Assembly (NCBI GenBank): GCA_046538485.1
Contig: JBKHIT010000019.1
Span: 1-64,000 of the forward strand
Length of the DNA stretch: 64,000 bases
From: Candidatus Brocadiia bacterium
GTDB taxonomy: Bacteria; Planctomycetota; Brocadiia; SM23-32
Direction of reading: 5' to 3'
A program made the translations under genes and the position numbers. Shown here in pieces: positions 29,801-38,778 of this stretch. Position 1 is the stretch's first letter. Each line of letters begins with the position of its first letter. Below the pieces are notes generated by a model that searched no databases, was not told where the DNA came from, and saw only the letters and a list, made by a program, of their open reading frames with translations.

Positions 29801-31010
29801 AGAAGAGAAGGAAGAGATAGAAGAGGAAGAAGTTGGAGAAGAAGAGTTTGGTTCTGAGGAGGCCCATTTTGGCGAGCAAGAGGGGCTCGAAGGTGCAGGG
29901 GCAGAGGAGGAGATGGTCGGTGAAGAAGAGGGGGAAGAGATAGAAGAGGATGAAGAAGTCGGTGGATTTGAGGAAGAGGCTGAAGATGGCGTAGAAGGCC
30001 AGAAAGTTGCTGCTACGAAGGATGTCAAGACAGAACAAGATCAGGGAACAGAAAGCACGTCGGAAGAGGAACATTTAGCAAGACAAGAGGGTATGGAAGA
30101 GGCAGAGAGTGGAGAATATGGCGAAGCAATGAGCGGAACAACCGAGAAGGGGGAATGGGAAGGGGCAGAAACGGAAGAAACGGAAGGCGAGGAGGCCAGT
30201 GTAGATTATAAGGCGGTAGATGTAGAAGAGCGGGGAGAGACGGAGGAGCAAACGCCAGAGGATGAAGTTGGCGTTGACGAGGCTGCCCCGGGAGAAGAGG
30301 AGTGGGATATTCAGGGCGAGGAAGAGGAAACGCAAGAAGAGGCGGAGCAACCGGGAGCTGGTTCGGAGATTCAGGGTGGAGAGCACGGTGAGCCGGAAGA
30401 GACAGAGAATTTGCCGGGCCGAACTGGAGTTCGTCGGGGCGGAAGCAACAGGGGAAAGTCGGAGGAGTCCGAAGAAACTGGGGAGGCGAGGTGGGAAGCT
30501 GGAGGGACCGGGACGGAGGGAACGCCGGAAGATTCAGAGGATCAGTATGGAGAGAGTGAGAAAGCCCAAAGAGGCTATGATTTTGAGGGTGAGGGGAAAT
30601 TGACTCAACATCAGAAAACTGAACAAGAAGCGGAGAGCGGAGAGGGGACGGGGATAGAACAAGGGGAGACAGAGGGGCGAAAGTGGAGCGAGGCGGATGA
30701 GGCCGATTACGGTGAGGCGCAAGAAACTGAAACGGAAAACACACAGGCCGAGCAAGTGAGGGGGGACGATGGAGGTGGCCCTGAAACGTTCAGGCCGAGG
30801 GAATACGGGGCAGACCAGGGTGATGCTGATATGGAGCTGGAAGGTGAGCATGCGGGGGTAGGAGACGACGAAAGCCTGGTATCTGAGAAGCTGGACGATG
30901 ATTTTCAGTCAGACGATGACGAAGCAAGCAGTGGGCAGGAAGATATTGCTGCAGAGCAAGAAGACAGCGAGGAACAGGACGAAGGGAACGAATGGGAAGG
31001 GATGTTGTAA
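26898..31010 (+). CDS. Hanks-type Ser/Thr kinase + TM + M48-like pseudo-peptidase + long acidic tail
   Basis: LGEGAMGAVY, VAVK, HRDIKPDN, DLG, GTPFYMSPEQ; ~560 aa Glu-rich C-terminus. Confidence 0.9.
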   Translation: MGKEAPQTLGRCKLQRKLGEGAMGAVYLAEHTTLQIPVAVKLLPERMLKSSDQSAERFMQEARIAAKLHHPNIVRVYDCGQESGLYYLVMDYIQGETVADRLLREGRFDWEEGVRIVVSVAGGLHSAADKGVIHRDIKPDNIMLDTEDVPLITDLGVAKLADVTDSSETKDDAMLGTPFYMSPEQVRDARDADVRSDIYSLGASLYHMVCGEPPFQGGSIYEVMNKQLRDPVPSPREKVPEIPDTLCDVLAKTMAKSADHRYQDYAELIEDLGHVLAGEPVSAEGAERELQKEAVSEGETLEQLRGGEISGEEIPEPATAVAAQVLGMTGIILFVGGIVFSYRGVLNMQKYAGWGFGALALILTCVTIFRKIRPKSEKITEETADRSRERKLSLLSMLTEGLGFSTPDFYISTKESARSFCSALGRKCNIVLSEERLLKYEMTDMEVTTLLCQKLGEFYYGHALLMTVLDGPLRFFNFVMKPIDRLSIWAVDRVSRRGRKLSAMAITLCFVVFAAVLGVVLFFNTSFGFGVLFLLLAGFLARTTKRYSRYACDSFAAAVLADTEPIKSICAKEAMLEPQGLKTMLIRADVELPKEDDDEEMILETGEIIKFASFYSGKEWQAGTISRWEEFWTGHAKPALRINMVSDVEPEQAPTIPKVINDIVREWGRMLGGSSEAPATMIPEPDRTMPSVLLGGIGGILLSAGTFLLLLQEQQVYLAFALGIVLVSLTLGVVVGRAHREKESSPHDLVLSVLASFVGVTVPYVLFFGFLPGLMYSQAILQVPTVFILSGVLISAGIRLALSRPKKRVEEELEEEAEGEAAKSEEEWTIEGEEAGEAAGWFDELSLEEGEEEEEVGEEEFGSGEPDFGEKEGLEGPGAEEEMIDEGEKEEIEEEEIGEEEFDSEEPEFGEQEGLEGPGAEEEMIDEEEKEEIEEEEIGEEEFRSEEPEFGEQEGLEGPGAEEEMIDEEEKEEIEEEEVGEEEFGSEEAHFGEQEGLEGAGAEEEMVGEEEGEEIEEDEEVGGFEEEAEDGVEGQKVAATKDVKTEQDQGTESTSEEEHLARQEGMEEAESGEYGEAMSGTTEKGEWEGAETEETEGEEASVDYKAVDVEERGETEEQTPEDEVGVDEAAPGEEEWDIQGEEEETQEEAEQPGAGSEIQGGEHGEPEETENLPGRTGVRRGGSNRGKSEESEETGEARWEAGGTGTEGTPEDSEDQYGESEKAQRGYDFEGEGKLTQHQKTEQEAESGEGTGIEQGETEGRKWSEADEADYGEAQETETENTQAEQVRGDDGGGPETFRPREYGADQGDADMELEGEHAGVGDDESLVSEKLDDDFQSDDDEASSGQEDIAAEQEDSEEQDEGNEWEGML
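29451..29942 (+). repeat. Four in-frame 123 bp (41 aa) tandem repeats
   Basis: Units start at 29451, 29574, 29697, 29820 (EEEEIGEEEF.SEEPEFGEQEGLEGPGAEEEMIDEEEKEEI). Confidence 0.95.
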
Positions 31011-31083
31011 ACGCTATTAAGCCGGGAAATAAGATTTTACAGTAAACCGAGGGCCGGATATCGCAGGTTCGTATCGCGGGTTA

Positions 31084-32517
31084 TCAGGGTTGATTGGGAG
31101 CCGGGGCCGGCGCTGTGGTGCTGGGAGGGGCAGACGGCCTCATGCTCATCATCATGAAATACGGGATGGCCATCTGGCACAGGAGCAATTCAGGAGATAA
31201 CTTTGCTATTACATCTTTGTCCTTCGTGGTTGTATTCCAGAAGGTTGTGCCCTCGCGGTATTTATCGAATATGTTGCCGACCATGCTGGCCATGCGGGGG
31301 TTGTCCAGTTGTTTGAGCATCAGTTCACGCGTGAGCTTTTCCGCGGTATCCAGGGAACCGCTGAGCGAGGACGCGGTGCCGGTATCGGGACAATGGGCGA
31401 TCACGGAAATCTTCTGATTTTTCGCGGACATAGCTTCAAAACTCTCTCCCCGGATAATACTCCGCCCGATCATCAGCCAGGCTGATGCCACTTCAACTTC
31501 GGGATTATCCGGTTGGTTTTGAATGTCTTCATCCGCGTCGTTCAGAACTTCTTGCAGGAGATCCTTCTGATTTTTTGAAAGCGCTCCCGAAGCGGCCCAG
31601 GGGGAAGCACCGCTCCTGACAGTTTCAAAAGCAGGTTTGGCGTTGGGGGGAAGGGAGGCGGCTTTCCCTGATTCTATATCTTTCAGAGCCATTTCCATGT
31701 GTTCGGTTCCGTTAGTCCCTCCTACGCTGAAAACGAGAGTGTTCTTATCCACGAGGCAAATAGCGGGACCGTAACGTTTGTGATAGACGGTCTGGTTGCC
31801 GATTTGGGCTTTATCCATATTGTTTTCACAGACTTTCTCCAGTTTCTCGGGGTCGCAGAGCCCTTTGAGCACGAAGGCTGCATAGCCCGTCTCCTGTCCT
31901 ATGTTTGTGGGAAAAAGGCCGACAACCCCGTCGATTCGGAGGTTTCCCACTGTTTGAAGCGTTTTGAGAAGGGCCTTATTGGTTTCGGGAATGGCCTTTT
32001 TGGCCTGCTGGGGATACTTTTGGAGGAGTTTGTCGAGTGTCGGCAGATTTTTCCGCATCATATCGAAATGATACTGGAGTTTTTTGCCCCGCGACTTGTT
32101 CGTCAGGACCGTACACAAAACGAAACCGATATCTGCGGGCACGTTTTTGCTCAGTGTTTGAAGAACTTTCTTGCGATCGGGCCGGGGTAGGTCTTTTCCT
32201 TCGATGACCGCGATCGCCTGTGCTGCAGCATCGCTGAGCGTTATATCGTCGCCCCGCGCAATTTTTTGCAGTTGAGGTATGGCTTTCTCAACCTTCATTT
32301 TTTCCAGAGCCCGAATGGCAAGTAGTTTTTTCACATACGCGTTTTCGGTATCGGGGCCGGCATCAAGCAAGTTCAGGAGATTCTCCTGGTTGGTGGTGAT
32401 TTGCATTGTCTGCAATGTTTCAGTAGGTTCCAGGAAAGACGCCAGGTCACCAGGAGGTGCCCCGGTAATATTGGTGGCCAGGAGTAAAAACCACATTGGC
32501 ATGATTGACATGAACAT
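31084..32517 (-). CDS. Secreted hypothetical protein with HEAT-like repeat
   Basis: Signal-like N-terminus; KLLAIRALEK...AIPQL...AA.AIA.I. Confidence 0.7.
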   Translation of the reverse strand: MFMSIMPMWFLLLATNITGAPPGDLASFLEPTETLQTMQITTNQENLLNLLDAGPDTENAYVKKLLAIRALEKMKVEKAIPQLQKIARGDDITLSDAAAQAIAVIEGKDLPRPDRKKVLQTLSKNVPADIGFVLCTVLTNKSRGKKLQYHFDMMRKNLPTLDKLLQKYPQQAKKAIPETNKALLKTLQTVGNLRIDGVVGLFPTNIGQETGYAAFVLKGLCDPEKLEKVCENNMDKAQIGNQTVYHKRYGPAICLVDKNTLVFSVGGTNGTEHMEMALKDIESGKAASLPPNAKPAFETVRSGASPWAASGALSKNQKDLLQEVLNDADEDIQNQPDNPEVEVASAWLMIGRSIIRGESFEAMSAKNQKISVIAHCPDTGTASSLSGSLDTAEKLTRELMLKQLDNPRMASMVGNIFDKYREGTTFWNTTTKDKDVIAKLSPELLLCQMAIPYFMMMSMRPSAPPSTTAPAPAPNQP

Positions 32518-32723
32518 GATCGGAATCCTTTTCCGTAGAAAAGTACATTTTTAGTTTTACTGCCCGAACGGTGCTTTATGGTAGCAACAACCCCCGGGAT
32601 GCGCAAACGGCACCTGCCCCTTGTTTATCGCCCTGGGGTATCGCCGGAGACGCACGGAGAGACAAATCTGCGTCCTTTTCCGTCCGGGATACCAAAGCGC
32701 ACCATGATGGAGAGGTGCCCGGG

Positions 32724-35723
32724 TTACGATTGACCGGGGAAAAGGGGCGTTTGCCAGGCGTCCTTGAGCTCCTTGAGAGGGGTATCAATGACGGGGTAAC
32801 CCTCAAGCCCGGTTATTGTTAACGTTGTGTTTTCGACAAGCCGTCCGATTTCCCGGGCAGGCAGCCCACTGAAAATTTCTTCAAATTGCTCTTTGTGCTC
32901 CGGGCGTACCTCGACCAGGAAACGGCTGTTGGATTCGCTAAACAGAAGAACATCGTCGCGCTCAACCGTTGCATCACCGCTTCGGGGTATTTCTCGTAGC
33001 GCAATCTCAAGACCAATCTCGCCGGCGAACGCCATTTCGGCGGCAGCGACGGCGAGTCCTCCCTCAGACAGGTCGTGACAGGACCGAACGAGGCCCTGCT
33101 GGTTGGCCCGCGATATATTCTCCATGATGGTCCGTGCGGAATCGGCGCGGACCTGTGGGACGCTTTGACCGAGGAGACCGAAGAGTTCGTAGTAATGGGA
33201 TCCGCCGAGTTCGGGCCATGTTCCTCCGACCATATAGAGGGAGTTCCCTGTGTTTTTCAGGTCCATACTTATGGCGGATTTAACATCATCCATTACGCAA
33301 ATCGCACTGATAAGCAAGGTTGGGGGGATGGCGATGGTTTCTTCGCCGGTATTGAATTCATTATTCAAGCTATCTTTGCCGCTGATGAATGGGACGCGGA
33401 AACCTTTAGCGAAATCGTAACACGCCAGACAGGCCCTGACGAGCGTGCCGAGCTGCTCAGGTTTGCGGGTATTGCCCCAAGAAAAGTTGTCGAGTATTGC
33501 GGCCCGTTGCAAATTACCACCCACTGCCACCAGATTTCTCAGGGCCTCATCAATGGCGCTGGAGGCGCTGTGGTAGGTGTCGATATCGCCGTATTTTGGG
33601 TTCATCCCGCAGGATATTGCAACTCCTTTTGGGGAACCAAGCACGGGTGCGAGGACGACCCCATCACCGGGCCCATCATTTGCGACGCCCACGAGTGGTT
33701 TCAGAACAGTCTGCCCCTGAACCTCGTGGTCGTACTGGCGTATGATCCATTCTTTGGAGCGGACATTGGGGGCGGCAAGTATTTTTTTTAGATCTTCTGT
33801 GTATTCATCTTGACCGTTCAAAAGTTCTTCACAGGCGGCTTTTTCCCGGTCGGAAGCAGACTTCATCGTTTCAGGCAGAAGCGGATCCGGGTATTCTTCC
33901 GGCACCCAGCGTGCCGTTTCAGTGAAACGGGGCAGCCCCTCGTGCACGAAATCCATATCCATTTCAGCGACGTTCCTGCCCTGGTATTTGACGGTGAGGG
34001 TGTCATCATCGGTGAACCGTCCGATAACGGTGGCTTCGACGTCTTCGCTCTCAAAGATGTCCAGAATTTCGTCAAGGTTTTTGGGGGGAACTGAGAGCAC
34101 CATTCGTTCCTGGGCTTCGGAGATCCAGGTTTCGGTGTAGGATAGCCCCTCGTATTTGAGCGGGACGTCGGCGATTTCCGCTTCTACCCCGGTATGTTCG
34201 CCCATTTCTCCCACCGCGCAGCTCAGTCCACCTGCACCACAATCCGTGATGCAGGAAAACAACCCACGATCGCGGGCTTTCAGGAGTGTATCGAGGACTT
34301 TTTTCTCGGTGATGGGATTGCCGATTTGGACGGCGCCGCTTGAGATATCTTCGCTTTCGCTGGTCAGTTCGACGGATGAGAAGGTAGCGCCGTGAATCCC
34401 GTCACGCCCCGTGCGTCCGCCGACCACGAGCACATAATCGCCGGGGTTGACCTTTTTTTCGACCTGGTCAGCGGGAATTAGTCCGACATCGCCGCAGTAG
34501 ACGAGGCAATTCCCGGTGTAGCGTTCGTCAAAATAGACCGCACCGTTGGCCGTCGGGATACCCATCCGGTTTCCGTAGTCGCGCACGCCGCTGACGACGC
34601 CCTTCAGAACGCGTTTGGGGTGGAGTGCTCCCGGGGGAACCTGTTCTTCGGGCATGTCGGGGGGACCAAAACAAAACACATCGGTATTCATGATCGGTTT
34701 GGCTCCAAGGCCCGTTCCCAACGGGTCACGGATAACACCGCCGATACCGGTATTAGCGCCCCCATATGGTTCAATGGCACTCGGATGGTTATGCGTTTCG
34801 ACCTTGAAACAGACAGCCTCTCCGTCGCCGAATTCTATCACCCCAGCATTATCGACGAACACGCTGAGGCACCAGGACCTGTCGAGTTCACGTGTGACGC
34901 GGGCGATTGTTTCTTTCAGAAGATTGTCAATAATGAGCCGTCCGTTTTTATCTTCATAATCCTCCCATCCACTCGGGACAGGTCCTGTGTAGGTGACGTG
35001 CCCTTTGAGTGTTTTATGCACGCAGTGTTCGCTCCAGCTCTGGGCAAGAATCTCCAGTTCAAGGTCAGTTGGATCACGACCAAGATCGGAGAAATGCTGC
35101 TGGATCGTTTTCATCTCGTCCAGCGTCAAAGATAAGACGCCTTCCTTGCTGATACGCATTAACTCAGCGTCGTCTGCTTCGCGAAGAGGAACGGTTTTTT
35201 TATCAAATTCATAGTCGAGAGTTATGAGTGGGTATTTAACATCGGGTTCGTTGATATGGACTTCTTCGATGGTGGTGTTAGCAAGGGACTTTGTGGCAAT
35301 TCGCTCAAGCTGCTGTTGAGATATATCACCGTGCAAAAAGTATTTCTGTGCTGTACGAATGGAACTAATTTTTTCGCCCAGCCCCAGATCGGCGGCGCCT
35401 TTCATGGCGCTTTGTTGAACCGGGTCCATGACGCCTTGTTTGCGGCTGATCTCAATTGTCTGAGCGTCCCGGGTTTCGGCCCAATCCCAGGTAATATCAT
35501 CTCCGTTGCAAATCCGGTACTCTTGCACGACGGGATCGAGGAAGAGCTGTTCCGAGAGCTGGCGGACTTCTTCTTCATTAAGTTTCCCGTCGACTATATA
35601 GATGTCGACAGAGTTTATCTCGATTACCGATTCTGCCCCCAGATCGCGGGCCTCGGCAAGTGCTCTGAGTCCTTCGGGGTCTTTGGCGTCAGGTTTGTGG
35701 ATGACCTCAATCCGATACTGCAT
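32724..35723 (-). CDS. purL: Phosphoribosylformylglycinamidine synthase PurL with N-terminal PurS-like domains
   Basis: WSEHC.HK, KVETHNHPSA, GGRTGRDGIHGA, DCGAGG, ISGKDSL.N; no glutaminase domain; start MQYRIEV. Confidence 0.95.
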   Translation of the reverse strand: MQYRIEVIHKPDAKDPEGLRALAEARDLGAESVIEINSVDIYIVDGKLNEEEVRQLSEQLFLDPVVQEYRICNGDDITWDWAETRDAQTIEISRKQGVMDPVQQSAMKGAADLGLGEKISSIRTAQKYFLHGDISQQQLERIATKSLANTTIEEVHINEPDVKYPLITLDYEFDKKTVPLREADDAELMRISKEGVLSLTLDEMKTIQQHFSDLGRDPTDLELEILAQSWSEHCVHKTLKGHVTYTGPVPSGWEDYEDKNGRLIIDNLLKETIARVTRELDRSWCLSVFVDNAGVIEFGDGEAVCFKVETHNHPSAIEPYGGANTGIGGVIRDPLGTGLGAKPIMNTDVFCFGPPDMPEEQVPPGALHPKRVLKGVVSGVRDYGNRMGIPTANGAVYFDERYTGNCLVYCGDVGLIPADQVEKKVNPGDYVLVVGGRTGRDGIHGATFSSVELTSESEDISSGAVQIGNPITEKKVLDTLLKARDRGLFSCITDCGAGGLSCAVGEMGEHTGVEAEIADVPLKYEGLSYTETWISEAQERMVLSVPPKNLDEILDIFESEDVEATVIGRFTDDDTLTVKYQGRNVAEMDMDFVHEGLPRFTETARWVPEEYPDPLLPETMKSASDREKAACEELLNGQDEYTEDLKKILAAPNVRSKEWIIRQYDHEVQGQTVLKPLVGVANDGPGDGVVLAPVLGSPKGVAISCGMNPKYGDIDTYHSASSAIDEALRNLVAVGGNLQRAAILDNFSWGNTRKPEQLGTLVRACLACYDFAKGFRVPFISGKDSLNNEFNTGEETIAIPPTLLISAICVMDDVKSAISMDLKNTGNSLYMVGGTWPELGGSHYYELFGLLGQSVPQVRADSARTIMENISRANQQGLVRSCHDLSEGGLAVAAAEMAFAGEIGLEIALREIPRSGDATVERDDVLLFSESNSRFLVEVRPEHKEQFEEIFSGLPAREIGRLVENTTLTITGLEGYPVIDTPLKELKDAWQTPLFPGQS

Positions 35724-35736
35724 TGGGGACCTCGTC

Positions 35737-36627
35737 TTACTGTGTATTTGGATTGTCTTTTTTATCCCGGCGTAGCCGTAGCATTTTATCGCGTTTTTGT
35801 TTGGATGCGTCAAAACGCTGCTCAAGTTTTTGCAGTTGACCTTGTGTTAAGAATTCATTCATTTGCCGAAGTTCATCGATAAGCGTATCAATCCCTTCGG
35901 CAATGGCATCGACATTTGTAGCGCATATATCACGCCAGAGCCCAGGATCACCACTGGCGATTCGAGTTGTATCAATTAGCCCGCCGCCGGCGAATTCCCC
36001 CTGTTGGGGAGTGACGGTCTGCATAAGGGCAGCTGCGGCGATATGAGGCAGATGACTGATCCGAGCGACAAGCCTGTCATGCTCCGCCGGTTTCATATAG
36101 CTGACGCGAGCGCCGAGCTTCTCCCACATTTGTGTAATCCTCTGCCATTCCCGTGACACGGATTTCGAGGTTGGGCATATTATACAAACGCTGCTTTCGA
36201 ACAAATGTTCGTCGGCATTGCCAGCGCCACGTTTTTCACTTCCGGCCATAGGATGGGTGGGAACAAAGCTTATCCCCTTGTCGGAAGGCTGAGTTTGATT
36301 TATAGCTTTAATGACGCTTTGTTTTGTACTGGCGACTTCGGTGAGAATACTATCAGCGGGCATCGCGTCGATAATTGTCGGGGCAAGCCGAATTATGGTT
36401 GAGATAGGGGTGGCGAGGATTACAAGATCAGCTTCCTGAACGCCAGCAGCAGGATCAAGTGAAGTTTCGTCGATAGCGCCCACATCAACGGCGATATCAA
36501 GTGAACTCTGCCGTCGGCCGATCCCGATCACATGGCGTGCCAGCTCACGACGGCGAAGCGCCAGACCAATTGACCCCCCGATAAGGCCAGGCCCGACGAT
36601 TGAAACAGTGTCGAAAAGTTTTTCCAA
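35737..36627 (-). CDS. tyrA: Prephenate/arogenate dehydrogenase
   Basis: G.GLIGGS, HPMAGSE, HD...A.ISHLPH, DTTRIA. Confidence 0.92.
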   Translation of the reverse strand: MEKLFDTVSIVGPGLIGGSIGLALRRRELARHVIGIGRRQSSLDIAVDVGAIDETSLDPAAGVQEADLVILATPISTIIRLAPTIIDAMPADSILTEVASTKQSVIKAINQTQPSDKGISFVPTHPMAGSEKRGAGNADEHLFESSVCIICPTSKSVSREWQRITQMWEKLGARVSYMKPAEHDRLVARISHLPHIAAAALMQTVTPQQGEFAGGGLIDTTRIASGDPGLWRDICATNVDAIAEGIDTLIDELRQMNEFLTQGQLQKLEQRFDASKQKRDKMLRLRRDKKDNPNTQ

Positions 36628-36679
36628 GTTTGCCTACCCAGAGACCGAGCTTTGTTGATGAGGAATCCGTGGAAAAGGT

Positions 36680-36708
36680 ATGGTAGTATGGGGACGCCGC
36701 GCTGTCAA
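36680..36708 (-). promoter_or_regulatory. sigma70 promoter for tyrA-purL
   Basis: TTGACA, 17 bp, TACCAT on minus strand. Confidence 0.55.
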
Positions 36709-36720
36709 CATTGGTCAGGG

Positions 36721-38739
36721 TTAGCGCAGCTCGGCGTTCAGTTCTGACTCAAGGCTACAGACAATTTCATCGCGCTGTGCGTCGGCTTCCTCGCGGGTGA
36801 GAGTCCGTTCTTCGGAACGGAAAGTAACGGAAAAAGCAATGCTCTTTTTGCCCATCGGAATTTGTTCGCCACGGTACAGATCGAAGAAATCGATAGCCTC
36901 AAGGTTTTTGGTCGAATTGTCACGAATGCACCGTTCAACATCTCTCCAGAGCACCGATTCATCGATAACGATTGCGATATCGCGTTCGACAGGTGGATAT
37001 TTGGGCAGGGGTGTCACGGCCGGTTGGAGACGAGCCAGTTCAGTGACCAGGTCAAAATCGATTTCCAGAAGCGCCGGACGATCGGGGAAGTCAAGTTCGT
37101 CCGCGTATTTGGAAGGCAATACCCCGGCGCAACCGAGCAACTGTCCCTCGAGTTCCAGGCGGATAGATTCCGGTTCTTCAAAAATGGCTTCTCCCGCAGG
37201 CGTTTCCCCGAGATTGCCATCAACATGAAGGAGGTCCAGAAGATTTTTCAATACCCCTTTCAAGACAAGAAAGCCATCTTCGCGATCTGTGAGAAGGCTG
37301 AGACAGACTTTTTCTTCGGGGAGTTCCTGATCGTCCGGGAGATAAATTTTGCCGAGTTCATAAAGGTCAACATTTTCGTTCCCGTGGGCCGCATTCACCC
37401 TTTTGGCCCGAAGCATATTTGCCAGATTGGTAAGACGGAGATGCGTCTTATCGCTGCTGACGGGATTCCGCAACGCGATCGGATCGCCGTCATACCAGCA
37501 CTGAGCACATTGTAGATGTGTTGGTGTGACAAGGCTGTAGGTCATAATTTCTGTAAAGCCCTGCCCGGCCAGCACGGATCTTGCCTTGCGTTCCGCGCGT
37601 TCGTGCCGTGAAACTGGTGCAAACGCAACGGGGATTCGTGTAGTTTCCGCAACTTTGTCGTAACCGTGCAGACGCGCAACTTCCTCGATAAGGTCGATTT
37701 CCCGTGTGAGGTCTGGACGCCAGCTTGGGACCCGGACGGCAATCTCGCTGTTGGTGCAATTCAAAACCTCGAGCTCAAGTCCGCTAAAAATCGCTTCAAC
37801 ATCTTTGGCGGCGACCTTAAGGCCGAGTACGTGGGCGAGTCGGGGGAGGCGGATTGTGACCTCCGGCGTCGATGTCGTATCAGCCCGAATATCCGCCATG
37901 CCCGAGACGAGTTCACCTCCGGCCAATTCGAGGATGAGCTTGGCTGCGCGGCGGGAAGCCTTCTCGACATTTTCGGGATCGACACCACGTTCAAAACGAT
38001 AAGATGATTCGCTGCTTAAGCCCAGTTCTCGGGATGTTCGCCGCACATTCGGCGGGTTGAACCGTGCGCTCTCTATCAGAACGTCGACGGTTGACGCTCC
38101 GATTTCCGAATCAAGTCCCCCCATGATGCCGGCAAGCGCGACAGGATTTTCCGCGTCGGAAATAATGCACATATCGGAAGAAAGTTCACAGACCGATTCG
38201 TCGATTGTAGTGATTTCTTCACCCTCTTCAGCCCGCCGAACGACTATCCGACGACCAGTGAGGCGCGCCATATCGAAGGCATGGAGTGGTTGGCCACTTT
38301 CAAGGAGAATGTAGTTGGTAACATCGACGATATTATTGATCGGACGGATCCCGCAGGTTTCGAGACGCTTTTTCATCCAGGGGGGGGATTCGCCGACGGT
38401 AATGCCTTCGATAATTCTTGCCGTGTAATGGGGACACAGGTCGGGGCACTCGACGATTACGGAAGATTGATCTTCAAAACGGAGTTCAGAATCTTCTTCA
38501 ACGGAAGCATCGGGATGTTGAACATGTTGACCTGTAAGTGCTGCAACTTCGCGGGCTATGCCAAGATGTGAAAGGCAGTCGGGGCGGTTGCTGGTAACCT
38601 CCACATCAAGCATCCAATCTTTCCCGCGCGGCTCGTAAGTTTCCACGCAGAGCCCGGCGTGGCTGAGCCTGTCGGCAAGCTCATGTGCAGCGAGACCGTG
38701 GGGGCAAATATCATTCAGCCAGTTGTAACTGATCAACAT
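36721..38739 (-). CDS. pheT: Phenylalanyl-tRNA synthetase beta subunit (short form)
   Basis: NRPDCLS..G.ARE, GQPLHAFD, RFERGVD, DLIEEVARL.GY, C-terminal FDX-ACB. Confidence 0.96.
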   Translation of the reverse strand: MLISYNWLNDICPHGLAAHELADRLSHAGLCVETYEPRGKDWMLDVEVTSNRPDCLSHLGIAREVAALTGQHVQHPDASVEEDSELRFEDQSSVIVECPDLCPHYTARIIEGITVGESPPWMKKRLETCGIRPINNIVDVTNYILLESGQPLHAFDMARLTGRRIVVRRAEEGEEITTIDESVCELSSDMCIISDAENPVALAGIMGGLDSEIGASTVDVLIESARFNPPNVRRTSRELGLSSESSYRFERGVDPENVEKASRRAAKLILELAGGELVSGMADIRADTTSTPEVTIRLPRLAHVLGLKVAAKDVEAIFSGLELEVLNCTNSEIAVRVPSWRPDLTREIDLIEEVARLHGYDKVAETTRIPVAFAPVSRHERAERKARSVLAGQGFTEIMTYSLVTPTHLQCAQCWYDGDPIALRNPVSSDKTHLRLTNLANMLRAKRVNAAHGNENVDLYELGKIYLPDDQELPEEKVCLSLLTDREDGFLVLKGVLKNLLDLLHVDGNLGETPAGEAIFEEPESIRLELEGQLLGCAGVLPSKYADELDFPDRPALLEIDFDLVTELARLQPAVTPLPKYPPVERDIAIVIDESVLWRDVERCIRDNSTKNLEAIDFFDLYRGEQIPMGKKSIAFSVTFRSEERTLTREEADAQRDEIVCSLESELNAELR

Positions 38740-38778
38740 TGTCCAGGGAATCCAGTGAAAATTGGGGCGGAAAATTGC

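Noticed and set aside
29451..29942. Tandem repeats as a CRISPR array
   Set aside because: Contiguous in-frame 123 bp coding units with no unique spacers; no cas genes.
29240..30851. Long minus-strand Ser/Phe/Pro-rich ORFs
   Set aside because: Shadows of the purine-rich acidic tail of the kinase.
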